Below are positions 12,936 to 27,853 of a stretch of DNA of 64,000 nucleotides, piece by piece. The DNA is taken from assembly GCF_009834535.1 (NCBI RefSeq), contig NC_045696.1, positions 12,526,001 through 12,590,000 of the forward strand, in the 5' to 3' direction. The position numbers and the translations under genes are program-made. The notes under the pieces were generated by a model, which had not been told where the DNA came from, made no database searches, and saw only the letters and a program-made list of their open reading frames with translations. Numbering within the stretch: position 1 is the first letter of the stretch; each line of letters opens with the position of its first letter. The stretch is from Camelus ferus (lineage: Eukaryota).

Positions 12936-13287
12936 AAATTTATATATCTCTCAATCTTCAATAACCACAACAAATTACTTAGTGGATCTAAGTAATTTTT
13001 AAGACTCTTCACTATTCCTCTTCCCTTTCCCCACCAAAAGAAAAGGCAAGAATTTAGGATGACTTCCCCAAGAGACTGCCTTCCTACCTCACCTACTCTG
13101 ACATCATATTTAAAAATGGGTTCAAGAGGGAATCCACTGAAAGAAATAGAAAAGCAACATGTGCCTCATTGAATTCCTATCTAATTATTTGGACAGCAGA
13201 TTTAGATGGAATACTGTTAGCTCCGATGACAGTGTACTTGAAGAGAAAAGAAAGAGCTGGGGGTTGCATTATCAATTTCAACCTAGC

Positions 13288-14545
13288 TGTATTCATTTTC
13301 TACTGTAAAAAGTTACCATAAATTTAGAAGTATAAAGCAACACAAGTGTTTTTATCTTGCATTTCTCGGGTTAGAAGTCCAGTCAGGGTCTCACAAGGAC
13401 AAAATTGAGGTGTCTGCAGGACTTGTTTCTTTCTGGAAGCTCTAGGAATAAATCCATTTCCTTTCCTTTTCCAGCTCACGAGTCCATGACTCATGGTCCT
13501 TTTCCTCCATCTTCAAAGCCTGCAATGTTGCACCTCTAACCATTCTTCTGTAGCCACATCTCCCTTGCTTTCACCAGAGCCAGGAAAGATACTCTGCTTT
13601 GTATGATGCAGACCTGTATGATGCAGCCACTATGGAAAACAGTATGGAAATTCCTCAAAAGACTGAAAATAGAACTAACACATGATCCAGAAATTCTACA
13701 CCTGAGTATGTATCTGAAGAAAATGAAAACACTAGTTTGAAAAGATACATGCATTTCAGTGTACAAGCAGCACCATTTACAATACCCAAGACATGGAAGT
13801 AACCTAAATGTCCATCAACAGATGATTGGATAAAGGAGATGTGGTATACACACACACACATACACACACAATAGAATGCTACTCAGCCATAAAAAAGAGT
13901 GAAATTTTGCCATTTGCAACAGCATAGACAGACCTGGAGGGTATTATGTTTAATAGAATAAGTCAGACAGAGAAAGACAAATACTGTATGTTTTCACTTA
14001 TATGTGGAATCTAAAATAAATAAATAAATTAAATGAATGAATATAACAAAACAGAAACAGACTTAAAGATATAGAGAACAAAGTAATGGTTTACCAGTGG
14101 GGAGTGTGAAGGGGGAAGGGACCTAACAGATGTAGGGGATTAAGAGGTACAACCTACTACATATAAAATAAATAAACTACAAGGATATATAGTACAGCAC
14201 AGGGAATATAGCTGATATTTTATAATAACTTTGAAAGGAGTATAAAAATTTTGAATCACTGAGTAGTACACCTAAATTAATAAATACTGTAAGTCAACTG
14301 TACCTCAATTTAACAAAACAGAAGTAGTAAACGGATAAAAACAGAAACTGCTCAAATAAATAAATCCTATGTGATGAGCCTGGGTCCGCTTGTGTAGTCC
14401 AAGAAAATTTCCCCATCTCAAAATCCTTAATATCACACCTGCAGAGTTTCTATTTTTTGTTTTTGTTTTTTTGCCACATTTACAAGTTTCTGGGGATTAG
14501 GTCATAGACATGTTTGGGAAACCATTTATTCTACTTACCACATCA
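13288..14545 (-). mobile_element. MLT1 LTR interrupted by a plus-strand L1 3' end (~13620-14340)
   Basis: MLT1 motifs 13288-13600 resume at ~14365. The insert has gcagccactatggaaaacagtatgg and an L1 3'UTR. Confidence 0.8.
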
Positions 14546-14729
14546 GTTATCAGTGCTTCATTCCCTACAGGCAAAATCACAGGTTAATTGTTTTTCTTTG
14601 CAGTAAATCTCATAGGAATTCAAATCCATCTCTAAATCCTGCCTATTTTCACATAGAAGAGTTCCTTGGTGTATATCTTTGAGTATGCAAAAACAGCTGG
14701 TTACAACTATGATAGCATTTGATTTGTTG

Positions 14730-14908
14730 CACAATGTTTTGTTTCCACTTGAAAAACATTAAAGACTTACAGGATCTGGTTGTATTTTCTGAGAAATTGT
14801 TAGTCCTCAGTCAAATGTTGCTTTTGTCGTATCTCACACGTAGCTAGAAAGGAGGTGTGTGTAAAATACAGCCATGAGACGGCTCCACTGGGGTCAAATT
14901 TACTCATC
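14730..14908 (-). pseudogene. Possible Ig-domain exon relic
   Basis: ttttcctgcttccag acceptor. PSGAVSWLY...NFSENTTRSCKS(fs)NVF, weak Ig pattern. Confidence 0.3.
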
Positions 14909-15409
14909 CTGGAAGCAGGAAAATCTATTGTACACTTTTCTTTTACATTGTTTAATGTTTTCTAGAATTTTGAGACTTTTGTCTTATCTACATTTGAAAA
15001 TTCAGAACTTTTAAAGAATTAGATGACTTCCCTAGGCTTTACACTATATTTTCCTCTTCATGGCTACTACCACCATGGAAAAAGAAAGATTTGTACTTTC
15101 AAGATAATAAGCCCAGTTTATAAAAGTATTATCTGGAGGTTAAATACTGAATGTTTAGATACTCATTCTGAATCACAAAGAGGTAAAATTGACATTATTC
15201 TTTGTATCATACTATTACTACTGTGTTTTCTTGCTGTTACATGTACCCTAATCTAGCTTGGAACTCTAAGCCAGTAGAAAATTGCTCTATGCTCTAAGAT
15301 AAATATAAATATTCTAGTAGGTTAAGAAAATATAACTGGACCCTTTGAACAAGTAAATAATCATGTGCACAAAGAATGTGGAAATGATATTTGGATTCTC
15401 CAAAGTCTA

Positions 15410-16220
15410 ACATTTCTCAAACTTTTTGGCCTTAGCACCCCTGTACACTCTCAAAAATTACTGATGATCTCCAAGGGCTTTTGTTTACATGGGTTATGCT
15501 AATTGATAGTCCCTATAGTAGAAATTTAATTATGGGAGAACAATAATCCTGATTCAGTTTCTGGGAAAATTCCTATTGCAAAACCTGATGCTACAAGATG
15601 AATAAAATCTAGTCTATAATGAAATATCTGAAACTTTTCTCCTTTTGAAATTATGAGGTCATAATAATAAAGGAAAAAAAAGAAGTCCTTAAACAAGAAA
15701 TTTAAGTTGAGAATTTAACATTCACTTATGCATTTTAAAATAACAATAATAAACCCATTAAATATTAACACACATGACATTTTTATGAAAAATAGCTATA
15801 GTTTTCAAAAAAATAGTGAGGAGAGTAACAGAGTTTTACATTTTTGCAAATCTCTTTAATGCACAGCTTAACAAAAAGCAATTGTACTCATATCTGCAAC
15901 TGCATTCAATTTGCTGCAATCTATTGTTTTGGTTAAAATATGCAAAGAAAAATCAGCCTCATACAGACATGTAATCGGAAATGGGAGGGCCATTTTAATA
16001 ACATTTTCAGATATTTGTGGATATTCTTCTTTGATACTACACCAAAACTCAACAAGCATATTTTTCAAAGGTTAGTTGCAATAAACTTTGTGTACTCTGT
16101 GCACTAATGGAAGAATATAAACAAAAAAATTTAATTAATGTCTTAGTATTATTACGAAAGTAGTCTTGACCTCCCAGACCCTCTAAATTTCTCTCAGGAA
16201 CCTCTGAATTTCCAAGATCA
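15410..16220 (-). mobile_element. Charlie1-type hAT DNA transposon fragment
   Basis: ORF 15868..16068 EFWCSIKEEYPQISENVIKMALPFPITCLYEADFS matches the hAT C-terminal dimerisation motif. Confidence 0.85.
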
Positions 16221-16420
16221 CTCTTTAAATCACACTTCCATAGTCTACCAGCTGAATTGGTTGATAAGCAAACTCAAGTTTTCATCGTGTGACTTCCTGA
16301 AGTCAAAGTAAGTCAGGACAGGTGAAGGAGAATAGCTCTCTTGTAAATAAAGTTTGCTTCCTGTATGTAGTCAATCTTCTCTTTGCAATAAAATGTTTTG
16401 TCAAGTAATAGGAAACTTAC

Positions 16421-16621
16421 CTGTGGAGTTAAAGATCTTAAAGCTCTTTTGAAAATCAAAGTTTACTTTTATTGGTTCCTCCTACTATAAATGCTTCCAT
16501 TTCCCTCTCAAAGAGTAGATTCTTCCACCATTATGTTATCCATCCTTATGTAATCAATGATTATATTTAATCTTAGAATGTCCATCAGCTTATTCCTGGT
16601 TATAATCCCCAAGTTTATAGT
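16421..16621 (-). pseudogene. Possible Ig-domain exon relic
   Basis: Strong donor CAG|gtaagt. ADGHSK...*LHKDG...RIYSL(fs)GNGSIY, an Ig I-set-like motif string. Confidence 0.4.
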
Positions 16622-16799
16622 CTTCAAGGTATGGAGAAAAATAGCAAATAATATTTTATGTGGGTACAGGCTAGGTGGGTGCAACAATTAGTTTAAGTCG
16701 TATTACCAGAAGGATACTTATGACAGTCTCGACATTGTTTATGACCAAGGAAAATGATGTGTTTTTAAAGATAACAGTTCTTTGGGAATCTATGATACC

Positions 16800-17170
16800 A
16801 AAAATAATTCTAAGATTATCAGAAAGGGATGCTAAATGTAAATCATACAAGGCTGCTGTTCCTCATGCAAAACTGGCTCATACACTTGGAATACCATGAG
16901 CAATTCCGACTGCCTATCTCAGTGAAAACATAGCCAAACTGGAGGAAGGTCCAAGGAGGTTAACCAAAATTCTTCAGAGAATGCAGGCATTTCTTAAACA
17001 TGAGAGATTAAAAGAAGGAGAGTTAGAAGAGTGAATGAAGTCTTCAAAATCATGAAAGGTGTAGATGGCAAACAGAGTTATTTACCAAATCCGAGAGTTC
17101 TCAAACTGTCTTTAACTTGCAGAACTCATGAACGGCACAATTCTAAAATATAAATTCAGGAAGGGTTTCT
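16800..17170 (+). mobile_element. CR1/L3 LINE 3' ORF2 relic
   Basis: Remnants of HLEY..QF..P.L..NIAKLE.VQRR.TK...ERLK...EVFKIMKG. Confidence 0.7.
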
Positions 17171-17933
17171 GGAAGAGCCACAGTATAAGGTGAAACTCTG
17201 GGATGCATCTCCCTAATATCTCAAAGTGGCTGTTGTAAAAGACAACCATGTCTGGCATTAATAAAATGCCCCTTGGTGCTGTCAGATGAAAGAAATTTCC
17301 TATGTCCCTATCTGTACACTTTAAATACAAAGATTATTTTGTGAAAATCCCTTGGCTTCTCCATTGTTCTGCCTATAAAAAGGATTCTACCTTTGCCTAA
17401 TCTGTCTTCCTCTTTTCAGCCCTCCAAGGAGCTCTCACTTTAGCTAGACTGATTTCTTTAAGACATTTTTTTACGCAGAAAATCATGTGAGAGGCAGAGG
17501 AGAAAAGCATGGGAAATTAGAGTTCTGGGGCTAGAGGAGGAGTTTCCCCAGGTGAAGGACATTTGACAAACAAAGGCCAAGGTACACCTGCAGAGAATAT
17601 GAACCATGGATGGGAGAGGGATGGGAAAAGTAATTTTTAAAGGCATTGATTTTGAGAGATGTGAGGGGTTTAAGTTACTTTGAAGCTAATTTTGGTTTTG
17701 GTACTGTGTTCTTTTGAACATAATATGCCTCAGACCTAACCAACCACACTTTATAAACTCCCCATGTGGGCTCATCCAATACTGCCATTTGGGATTCCTT
17801 GTTAAAACACCTAGAACTCTTAGTTAATATTCCTGCTCTACCACGTGACACTCTTTCAGTATAAAGGGGTTAAATTAAACTTTTTGGAGGGCCTCATAAG
17901 TTAGGTAATTGAAGCACAAGAAAGAATCTGTCA

Positions 17934-18381
17934 TCAGATGCCTTTCACTAAGTTAATTATAGATAAAACCAACATGAAGTGGTTAGAAACAGAGGTTAAA
18001 GTTTCACTCGCTTGGACTTTGTATAATAATGAATTAAACTTCTGGACCGTATTGGCATTCTGCTGGGAAGTTGAATTGGAAACAGAAAAACTAGCCAATG
18101 AGTGGTCTGATTTTGTTCTTGAAAGTAAAAGTAACACAGGCCCACCAAGACTTTAACCTCTCTGCTTTTAAAACATCATTTGTGATAGGAACCGTGCAAA
18201 TGAATAAGAGAATCTATGTACGTTTTCTCAAGTTATTTTCTCTGTATGTGTATGGGTGAAAAATCTCCTAAATGCTTGATAACTCAGACACTGTGAATGC
18301 AGTTCAGCACTGATTCATTTCTCGAAAAACTAACTTACGCTACAAACCCAGAAATCACATCACCTTCAAAAGCAGCCAGTA
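17934..18381 (-). pseudogene. Linker-region exon relic
   Basis: Long pyrimidine tract plus ag at 18382-18420. NTVQKFNSLLYKVQASETLTSVSNHF..IINLV resembles ADAMTSL3 DTAQFDELIRNMSQLMETGEVSDDL..IYQLV. Confidence 0.45.
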
Positions 18382-19039
18382 CTAGGGAGGAGGAATAGGA
18401 GTAACAGAAGAGAACACAACAGAAAAGAATCAGAGGACAGTGAGCGCTACAAACGTATGGAAAATGGAATGAATGAAAAAAGTCAGTTTTCTCTTTTCTC
18501 TACTGGGGAAGAATCAAATTCAACTGCTTCACATAAAATACACTTGCTTTTTTTTTTTTTAAGATTTCAGGTAACACATTCCTAAGCTAAAGCCATATGC
18601 AAATTCCAAGTTCTTCTCTAAACAGGCCTTATGTTACATTGTTCATGAGAAAATGCTCTTTTTTAAACTATGTGGTTAATACCTCTCACATTCCATGATA
18701 AGATTTTATAACCCCTTCCCACTGCTGGTGGCACTTACGCACTGAAAGCAGTCAGACTCTAGGGCCTTGTTAGTTTTTACTTTCCTTCTGCAGCTACTAT
18801 AAACTCTAGACTCTAATTTTTAATATGTTCACTATTAAAGTATATTAGCTAAAAACTTTAGGTACATTTAATAAAAAATAAAATAAAATAATTTTTAAAA
18901 AAAGGTCCCTGCCACACTCCCCTCTGGCAATACCCTCTTTTCCTTCTCAAATACCATGTCCTCTTAATTGTTTCTGAGGAGAAGGAAGAAGCTGTCACTG
19001 TTGTATATGACTTAGAAATAAGAAAATATTCCAGAGAGA

Positions 19040-19490
19040 GAGAGAGACATTATCAGTGCCTTTAGCACTCATTTTTCCCTGTTCACCAACTGCAAATATC
19101 TACAACTTCTGTATGAGGGGCCCTCTGGCTGCTGGAGTTTATTTGGCCCAGAAGCAGAGCAGGCCATAGCAGAAGTCCTGGGGAGTCAAGGGTTGAGCAG
19201 CCCTCAACCAACCCCTGACTCACCAACAGTAGAGGACCATCTCAATCTCCCCAGCATCCTTGCCCTAAGGTGCAGCAGCCCTGAGGCCTGTTCTGCACAG
19301 CTTCTCGGAAGCCCCAGAGGGAAGGAGCCCTGGGTGTCTGAGAAGTAACACACTTCTTCTGGCTTCCTTCCCTTCCCTGTCTCCATCCCCCACTCCCTGA
19401 AAGGCACTTCCTGGAATTTCCTCCCAAAAGAGATGACTTGCCTCCAAATCCTTATCTCAGGATCTGCTTCTAGGGGAGCCCAATTTAAAT
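19040..19490 (+). mobile_element. ERVL-type LTR (LTR16-like)
   Basis: caaatccttatctcaggatctgcttctaggggagccc 3' end. Confidence 0.6.
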
Positions 19491-20199
19491 CAGCAAGAAT
19501 CATCAAAAAAGTTCTAGAAACTACTGACCTAAAGGAGGAGAATGATAGGAACAATTGCACTTTAATGCAAGTCTGTCTATGAGATAAACACCAGAACGAG
19601 GCAGTTTAGAAACAATTTGACAGGGCTCCAAAAAACTTCAGAGGGAAGGTAGCGTTTCAAAGAGGCCTCAAAGGATGGATACGAATTCAGCTGAGGCAGA
19701 CGTATTTAGAGGACATTTGAGGCAGAAGGACCAACAGAATAAAAACCAAAAAAATGCCATATGCTCAGAGTGAGAAGGGAAATAATAAAGATGAGAAAGG
19801 AATGTGGTTCAGAGCCTCGAATATGATGCTAAATCCTCAGAGCATTAAATTCATTCTCCGGGGAGAAAATAACTGTTTGATCAGGGGATTCATAAATTAT
19901 AGTTGTTTAGAAATCCATGAATATAACATGTAAGATAGAGTTTCAGAAATAATTAAAAGTAGTGTGAAAATTTCAAATTTCTCAAGTCTGTAATAAAGCT
20001 AAAGAAAGATGTGGAATAGGGTAGAACGATCGTGGGCAAACCTAATATTTTCGTGTATTTGAGTTTGCAGAGATACATGCGTATGAACCTTGATGCTCTT
20101 TCGTGAATGAAAGTAAGTTGTTAGGCAAAATGTACACTGTGGTTTCAGATCCGTGAAACATGTCTGCATGTAAATAAGGACAAGTTACTCTGCAAAGGT

Positions 20200-21360
<1,161 letters not shown>

Positions 21361-22152
21361 TAAAGAAACGATTTTAATAAGTTAATTTGCCTCAGGCATC
21401 TGGTTAATCATTTTAGGTGCATTATCTATTTATGTCCATATACAGCTAAGAAAACGAAAGCTGAGAGTCAGTCAGTAATAACAGACCTGGAATTTACTCC
21501 CAAGTCCATCTGACTTGAGCTAACAACTCCTGGCCACCACCTTATACTGCACAGCAGAATAATAAGTAACATTTATGGAGCTGTGTTCATATTAACAGTT
21601 ATGGGACCCTTTCTCTATTTCTTAAATTTTTCTGTTACATCATTGTCCTGATACCTCTTCAACAAAAGTGTCTTCTGCTTGATGGAAGATTTTTCTAAGC
21701 TTCATCTTATCCAGGTTCTAATTTATTGATTGATTTCTTAGCATCCTTTTCCAACTTGGTTATTTGACTTCCCACTGCCCCGTACTGTATCATTCCAAAT
21801 ATATTTTTCCTACTCTTCCCTACGTTATCCCTTAATTTTTGCAAAGCTGCAATAAAGTAGGAAAATATGCCCATTAGGTCTTGTCAATTTTGTTCAAAAT
21901 ATAAATACATTTTCCTGGACAGGTAGGGTGTGGACAGTGTTTTGAAATAGGGCAGGATGAGATGAGAATGAATTGTATGTAGAATGAGGACTAGGAAAAA
22001 TCAGTTCCAATTTGGAAACAATGAAACCAGATAACATTCCTAGTTCAAAGAATAAACTTTAGTGTAAGATTATCTACTGGGACCTGGGATTGTGTAATTC
22101 ACAGAAGGCTAAGCACAATTTTATTTTTTAAAAAAGAAAGTAAATTATTTGA

Positions 22153-22450
22153 TGCATAGGGGGCGAGACCTTCTATTTGATGTAATGTGTAGACATCACA
22201 GAGAAGTTTGACAGAAGTCTGTGTGCTCTTATGTTCATTGTATACTTCCTCATGGCTTCCTTTGGATTATTATACTGATTTAAATTATTGAGCTTAGTTT
22301 ATTATTCATTTTCTCTTAACTTTAGCATGCAAATATAATATCATTTGGCCATGTTTGATGTTTCCTGATCATTTAAGATTTTTGTTCCAATAAATTAAAA
22401 CAATATTTTATTCCATTAAAAGTATTTTTTGCAACTTAAAAATAAAAAAG
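22153..22450 (+). mobile_element. 298-bp retro-insertion of unknown 3' end with perfect 21-bp TSD
   Basis: aaaagaaagtaaattatttga at 22132-22152 and 22451-22471. AATAAA/ATTAAA then an A-rich tail. TT/AAAA target site. Confidence 0.85.
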
Positions 22451-23231
22451 AAAAGAAAGTAAATTATTTGAGAAGATTTATCCAAAGGAGAGTTCTGTGT
22501 AATGGATAAACTTGTATAATAACAGAATCACTATATTTTAAATGCTGCTGTTTTCTTGATGAAATTAGAATCACAATATATACATATATTCTGTTGGTTT
22601 CAAACAAAAGGCCGTTTGAAGAGACAAAGGGTGAAGTCCCGGCGAATTAAGAAAATTAGGTCAACTTGATTAATGATGAGACAAAAGAATAGATGGAAAT
22701 ACCATTAATTCTTGCATAATCTGTCACTGATTGTGTACAGCAAGCCAAAGTGTGAGCCAGGGTATTGTCCTGGCCCACAGCCTTGTGCCTTTATCCCAGA
22801 GAAATCTGCTTATGCCCCACACAGCCAGTTCCCCCAAAAAGGCAACTCTGGACACCCTAGCCGTATTCACACAAGAGTCCTGGCCTTTGAAACTCGCTTC
22901 CTCTTAGGGGCTCCTCCTCAGGTGACCTTCTCTCTCACCCCTGCCAGTGCTCTGCATCTGGGCTTCACTAGGTCTGGGGCTCTGCTGCTTGTACCTCTCC
23001 CCAGGGTTCAGCCCTGCTCATTCTCTGGCTCTCTGTGCTTGTAGCTGATTCCACCCAATCAAGCCCCACTGTACATTCCCATAGCTGCTCCACTCGCCGG
23101 GAGCGGGCAGTTCACCATATGTAAGCAATCATCCGTGTGATGAAGTTTGAAGGAACCTGGTGGCTTCCCAACTGCTCATCCACATCCACTAGAAACATCT
23201 CTGAATATGCAGACGCTATCAGAAAAGAACA

Positions 23232-24395
23232 CAGCCGATCCTCATTATTTCTGGTCTTGCCTACTCACTAAAATTTATCTGTAGCCCCAAAATCAATACT
23301 TTGGAGCTTTATGGCCAGTCCTGGGTATGCACAAAACAGCAGACGTTTAGCTTCCTCACATACACATTCCCAGCTGAGGTCAGTCAAGGCAGTACTCTGC
23401 CTCTAGCTTTGTTCTCTTCCTATGAGATAAGTGACCTTTTGCAGTCTAGTTACTGCCATGTGTTTTGCATGTTTGTGCTTTGGGTTGGTGATTTCACTGT
23501 TTAAAATGAAAGGTACAACATAGGGAATATTATCAATAGTAATGTAATGTCTTCATATGGTGACAGATGGTAAGTAGACTTATTATGTTGACCATTTTGA
23601 AATGTATAGAAACGTCGAATCACTATGTTATGCACGAGGAACTGACACAGTGTTGTAGGTCAATTATAATTCAAACAAACAAACAAACAAACTCATGGAG
23701 AAAGAGATCTGATTTGTGGTTACCAGAGGCAGGGGGCGGGAGGGAGCGGGAGTTGGACAAAAGCAATCAAAAAGTACAAACTTCCAGTTATAAGATAAAT
23801 AAGTACTAGGGATGTCATGTACCACCTGATCAATAAAATTAATGCTGCTGCTGTGTTATACGTGACAGTTAAGAGAATAAATCACAAGGAGAAAATATTT
23901 TTAAAGTTATTTTTCTTTAATTTTGTATCTATATGAGATACAAAATTAGTGGATATTGTGGATATTCACTAAACTTGTGGTCATCATTTCATGAGGTATT
24001 CAAGTCAAATCATGATGCTGTACACCTTACTGTAGGTCAATTATATCTCAATAAAACTAAAATATATAAATAAATAAATAAATAACTCACCATGCTTAGC
24101 ACTGAAGTACTGTCTAGAATACGTATTAAACAAGCTTCATTTTTAGGCATGAGTTACAGTGCTATTGGGCATGAGTTCAAGGTTAAAGAATCAACAATAT
24201 ATGGTAAATAAGGTACCTTTAAACAGAAATACAGAAAACAAAGTTATATGTTGGACAGTTGATGGAAAATACTGTGACCAGAGGCTCAGGAAATAACTGT
24301 GTACTTCCTCTAGGAGCAATGCTTTCATACTTGCTAATTCAGTGTTTGCAGAGACTTTAAAAACATAGCTACCTTGGATAACAAGCATTGATCCT
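23232..24395. mobile_element. Tigger4/Zombi-like element interrupted by an L1 3' end (~23506-24085)
   Basis: cagccgatcctcattattt...ctactcactaaaatttatctgtagccccaaaatcaatac. The L1 insert ends in (taaa)n. Confidence 0.75.
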
Positions 24396-24714
24396 AACTT
24401 CATCACTGTCAGGTCCCTGGGGGTTACAACACAGAACAGAGAGTAATGTGGAAGTAGAAAGCCCTGGAGGGTAGGTTTGGGTGGGCCCCACCCTGAGATC
24501 CTGACCACAGTGGGCAGTGTTGTGCTAGCTGGAAGGAACACCTCGCACTGGAGTTTGAGGAACCCTGGAGACCAACTTGATCCTTCTCAACATTTCTGGA
24601 GCTCAGTCCTATTCCTAGATAATAGTATTACTCAGATAGTCTGCCAATTGTGCAACATAAACTCTCCATGGCAAAGAGATACTATATCAGAATGCTCATC
24701 TTAATGTTTGACAT

Positions 24715-25010
24715 TCTACATCTGCACTGCCCAATACAAGAGCCAACAGCCAAATGTGTCCACTGAGCACCAGATTGTGGCTAGTCCAAGTGTAACATAT
24801 GCACTGATGTCAAAGACACAGGATGATAAAAAAAAAAGTACAATATCTTGTGAATAATTTTTGTATTGATTACATACTGAAACATTTTTCTATGGTGAGT
24901 TAGATAAAATGTATTCTTAAAATTAATTTCATCTGTTTCTCTTTTACCTTTTTAAAATATGGCTTCTATAAAATTGTAGATTTTATGACAGTTTAACAGT
25001 ATTTTCTATT
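24715..25010. mobile_element. MER3/MER33-like hAT relic
   Basis: cactgcccaatacaagagccaacagccaaatgtg..ctgagcac. Confidence 0.6.
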
Positions 25011-25509
25011 GATTTTCAATATATTTTCCTGTGTGTTCCCACATTATAAATTTCCTTTTAATGAGACCTCAATTAAAAGTTTGCAAAGTGGATAAACTGG
25101 TTCATTAGTAGAGAAAGAATTATGCCGCTTAATACTGAATATCATTGTTGTGCAAAATGGAAAAAAAAATAAAAGCAGCAGTAAAATTATATACTGAAAA
25201 CACCAAAAATTTTGATGCCTTAATAGTGTATGTGTGAAAATACTCAACTATCCCTTTTGAAATAGTTCCTTGGATGGCCTGGTGGTTAAAATATGATCGA
25301 TCTTATTCAAAGCCCCCTCTGCCAAAATTAACAGTTCACTTCCCCAAAGGTAAAAGCTTCAAAGACCCAGCTATGTAAATAAAGCCTGAATTCTGGACCT
25401 GTGACCCTGCCAATCAATCAATCAGTTGCGTAGTGATTCCCATTATGTTTGCATCAGACAGTGCTGATCTAGAACCAATAGCTAAGCTGTGAGAATTTAT
25501 AATCCTGTA

Positions 25510-25730
25510 TAGTAGCCAGCACTTATCTCCTGCTTATTCTGAACCAGGCACTGTTCCAAGAACTTCATATACATGAATTAATCTTCATAGGAAGACCTGA
25601 GATAGATACTATTGTTTTTCCTCCTTTCTCAGGTAAGAAGACTAGCAAAGAAAGATGAGGTGATTTGCCCTAGGTCACATCAGATTTGAGCCAGATTTGA
25701 CCCAGGTAACCAGAGATCACATTCTTAACC
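25510..25730 (-). mobile_element. MIR
   Basis: ccaggcactgttccaagaacttcatatacatgaattaatcttca...gatttgccctaggtcaca. Confidence 0.7.
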
Positions 25731-25889
25731 CTTATATATACACACACAAATAAATGTCTACTTGTTGCAGTCATCAAACCTTTGAAATAAAAATTAATTA
25801 TTGGTAGAAAGAAGACATTGTTTAAGCCTTCATTGGCATTCTCTGAAGATATAAACAGACACGTCTACAAAGGACAATCACTAACTTCC

Positions 25890-26387
25890 AAAAGTTAACA
25901 AGATTTTGCAAGGGGGAAACACGGAGTCATCATGAGTTTCAGGATATTGTTTTATCTTTAGAACTCGTGTAGAGAGGTCAAAAAGTAAGAAGAAATAGTG
26001 GAAAAGAGAATAGTAAATAATAATAAGATAAAAGAGAATATTAAATAAAACTTTTAAATGAGGAGAATTTAGGGATAATTTTTAATAAAAACTAAAAAAA
26101 GTAATGCACAGTGAAGTCCCAAGATTTCAGATGAACGAAGATTTTCTAAGTAAATGAAAAGCTAAGTCAACAGGAATAGGAGTCTGATGGAAAATTCAGG
26201 AAACTGCGAAATAAATGGAATGGGCATTTGTAAAATAAGCTGCCCAGGCTACCTGTATAAAATTGCTTGTTTGTTTTTCCAAAAGTCATTTGAAAAGTCT
26301 GTGGATGAGTTATTTCTGTTTAAAGAATAATGATTATATCCATTTATCAGCCAAAGGACATTGAAATCGTTCCTGTTCTGGTTATTT
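25890..26387 (-). pseudogene. First Ig-domain relic
   Basis: ccttcctccccag acceptor. FYTGS..SLFYKCPFHLFRSFL (cf. SVIIKCPVRRFQKSL), later LKIKQYPETHDDSVFPPC (cf. LKIHRLKPSDAGVYTC). Confidence 0.5.
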
Positions 26388-26734
26388 CTGGGGAGGAAGG
26401 CATCCAGGAGAGGCAGTGAAGGAGGTTTAACTCCCTTTTATACCCAAGGGATCTTGCTACAGGTCTTGTAGATTTTACTTTAAAACACTGAGAACACTTA
26501 GTCTACATGTCACTACCCCTCTGCATCTCAGCCATCTCCTCTGTCATACAAGGAAGCCTGGCATGGTGACGAGTGGTACAGCCTGGGAGTCAAAGACTAC
26601 ATTGTAAGTCCTTCTCTGTTACTTACCATCCCAGGGATCTTGGAACATCACAGAGTTTCCAAGGGCCTCATTTCAAAAAAGAGAGGGTGGAAGAAAAGCA
26701 AGACATAGGAATAGTGGTTAAAAATCATATAATA

Positions 26735-27650
26735 AGCTCAATAGTAAACATTTTTTTAAAAGGCTAGTAATCTGATTAAAAAAGGGGCCAAGGACTCAAA
26801 TAGACATTTCTCCAAAGAAGAAATAGAAATGGACAAGTACATGAAAAATGCTCAATATCACCAATTATCAGGGAAATATAAATCAAAACCACAATGAGAT
26901 TGTCACCTCCCATCTGTCAAGATGGCTGTCATCAAAAAAGAAAAAACACAAAAGACAACAGGTGTTGGCAAGAATGTGGAGAAATTGAAACACTTGCACA
27001 CTGTTGGTGGAAATGCAAAAAATTGGTGTAGTCACTATGGAAAACAATCTAAAGTTTCCTCAAAAATTAAAAATAAAACCTCAGTATGATTCGACAGACC
27101 CACTTGTGGGTGTTTATCCAGAAGAACTGAAATCAGGATCTCAAAAGAGATAGAAGCATTCCTGTGTTAATTGCAGCACTATACACAACCACCAAGATAT
27201 GGAAACAACCTAGTGTCCAGCAACAGATGAATCAATAAAGGAAATGTGATATGTACATGCAATGGAATACTATTCAGCCCTTAAAAAGAAGAACATTCTG
27301 CAATATGCAAAAACATGAATGAAACTTGAAGACATTATGTTAAGTGAAATAAGCCAGTCACAGAAAGACAAATACTGCATGATTCCGTTTATATGAGATA
27401 TCTCAAATAGTCCAATTCATAAAATCAGTGAGTGGAAGGAATAGTGGTTATCAGGAGCTGAGCAGAGGGGAAAAATGGGACATTCCTAATCACTGGGTAT
27501 AAAGTTTCAGATAAGCAAGATGAATAATCTTTAGAAATCTTCTCTACAACATTATACCTACAGTGATATACAACAACGTACTCTACACTTCAACACTTAA
27601 CGAGCTAGGTCTTATGTGAATTGTTCTTACCATCACAAAATAAAATAAAA
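26735..27650 (+). mobile_element. L1MA-like 3' fragment
   Basis: aatagacatttctccaaagaag...aaatcaaaaccacaatgaga...3'UTR with A-rich tail. Confidence 0.9.
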
Positions 27651-27792
27651 ACACACACTACAACTATATATTAATTAATCAAATTATCTAACAAAAAGTA
27701 AGTAAAAGCTTCTAAAAAACTATAATAAATCTTTGCTCTCTGACTTCTAGTTTAAGACCTTGACCACATTACCTCTGGGAGTCTTATTTCTT

Positions 27793-27853
27793 TTTTTTTT
27801 TTTTTTTGAATATCATATACCTGCTTTTATTTGACATCAACTGATGTCTGATA
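27793..27853 (-). mobile_element. Tiny poly(A) retro-insertion with 16-bp TSD inside a MIR
   Basis: gggagtcttatttctt at 27777-27792 and 27854-27869. T-tract plus a 46-bp body with minus-strand AATAAA. Confidence 0.85.

Noticed and set aside
17458..17646. ILC...FTW motif resembling an Ig start
   Set aside because: Spacing is off and the sequence may be L2-derived.
18715..18740. Weak CTCF-like motif (also ~10086 and ~38725)
   Set aside because: Core mismatches; not supportable.
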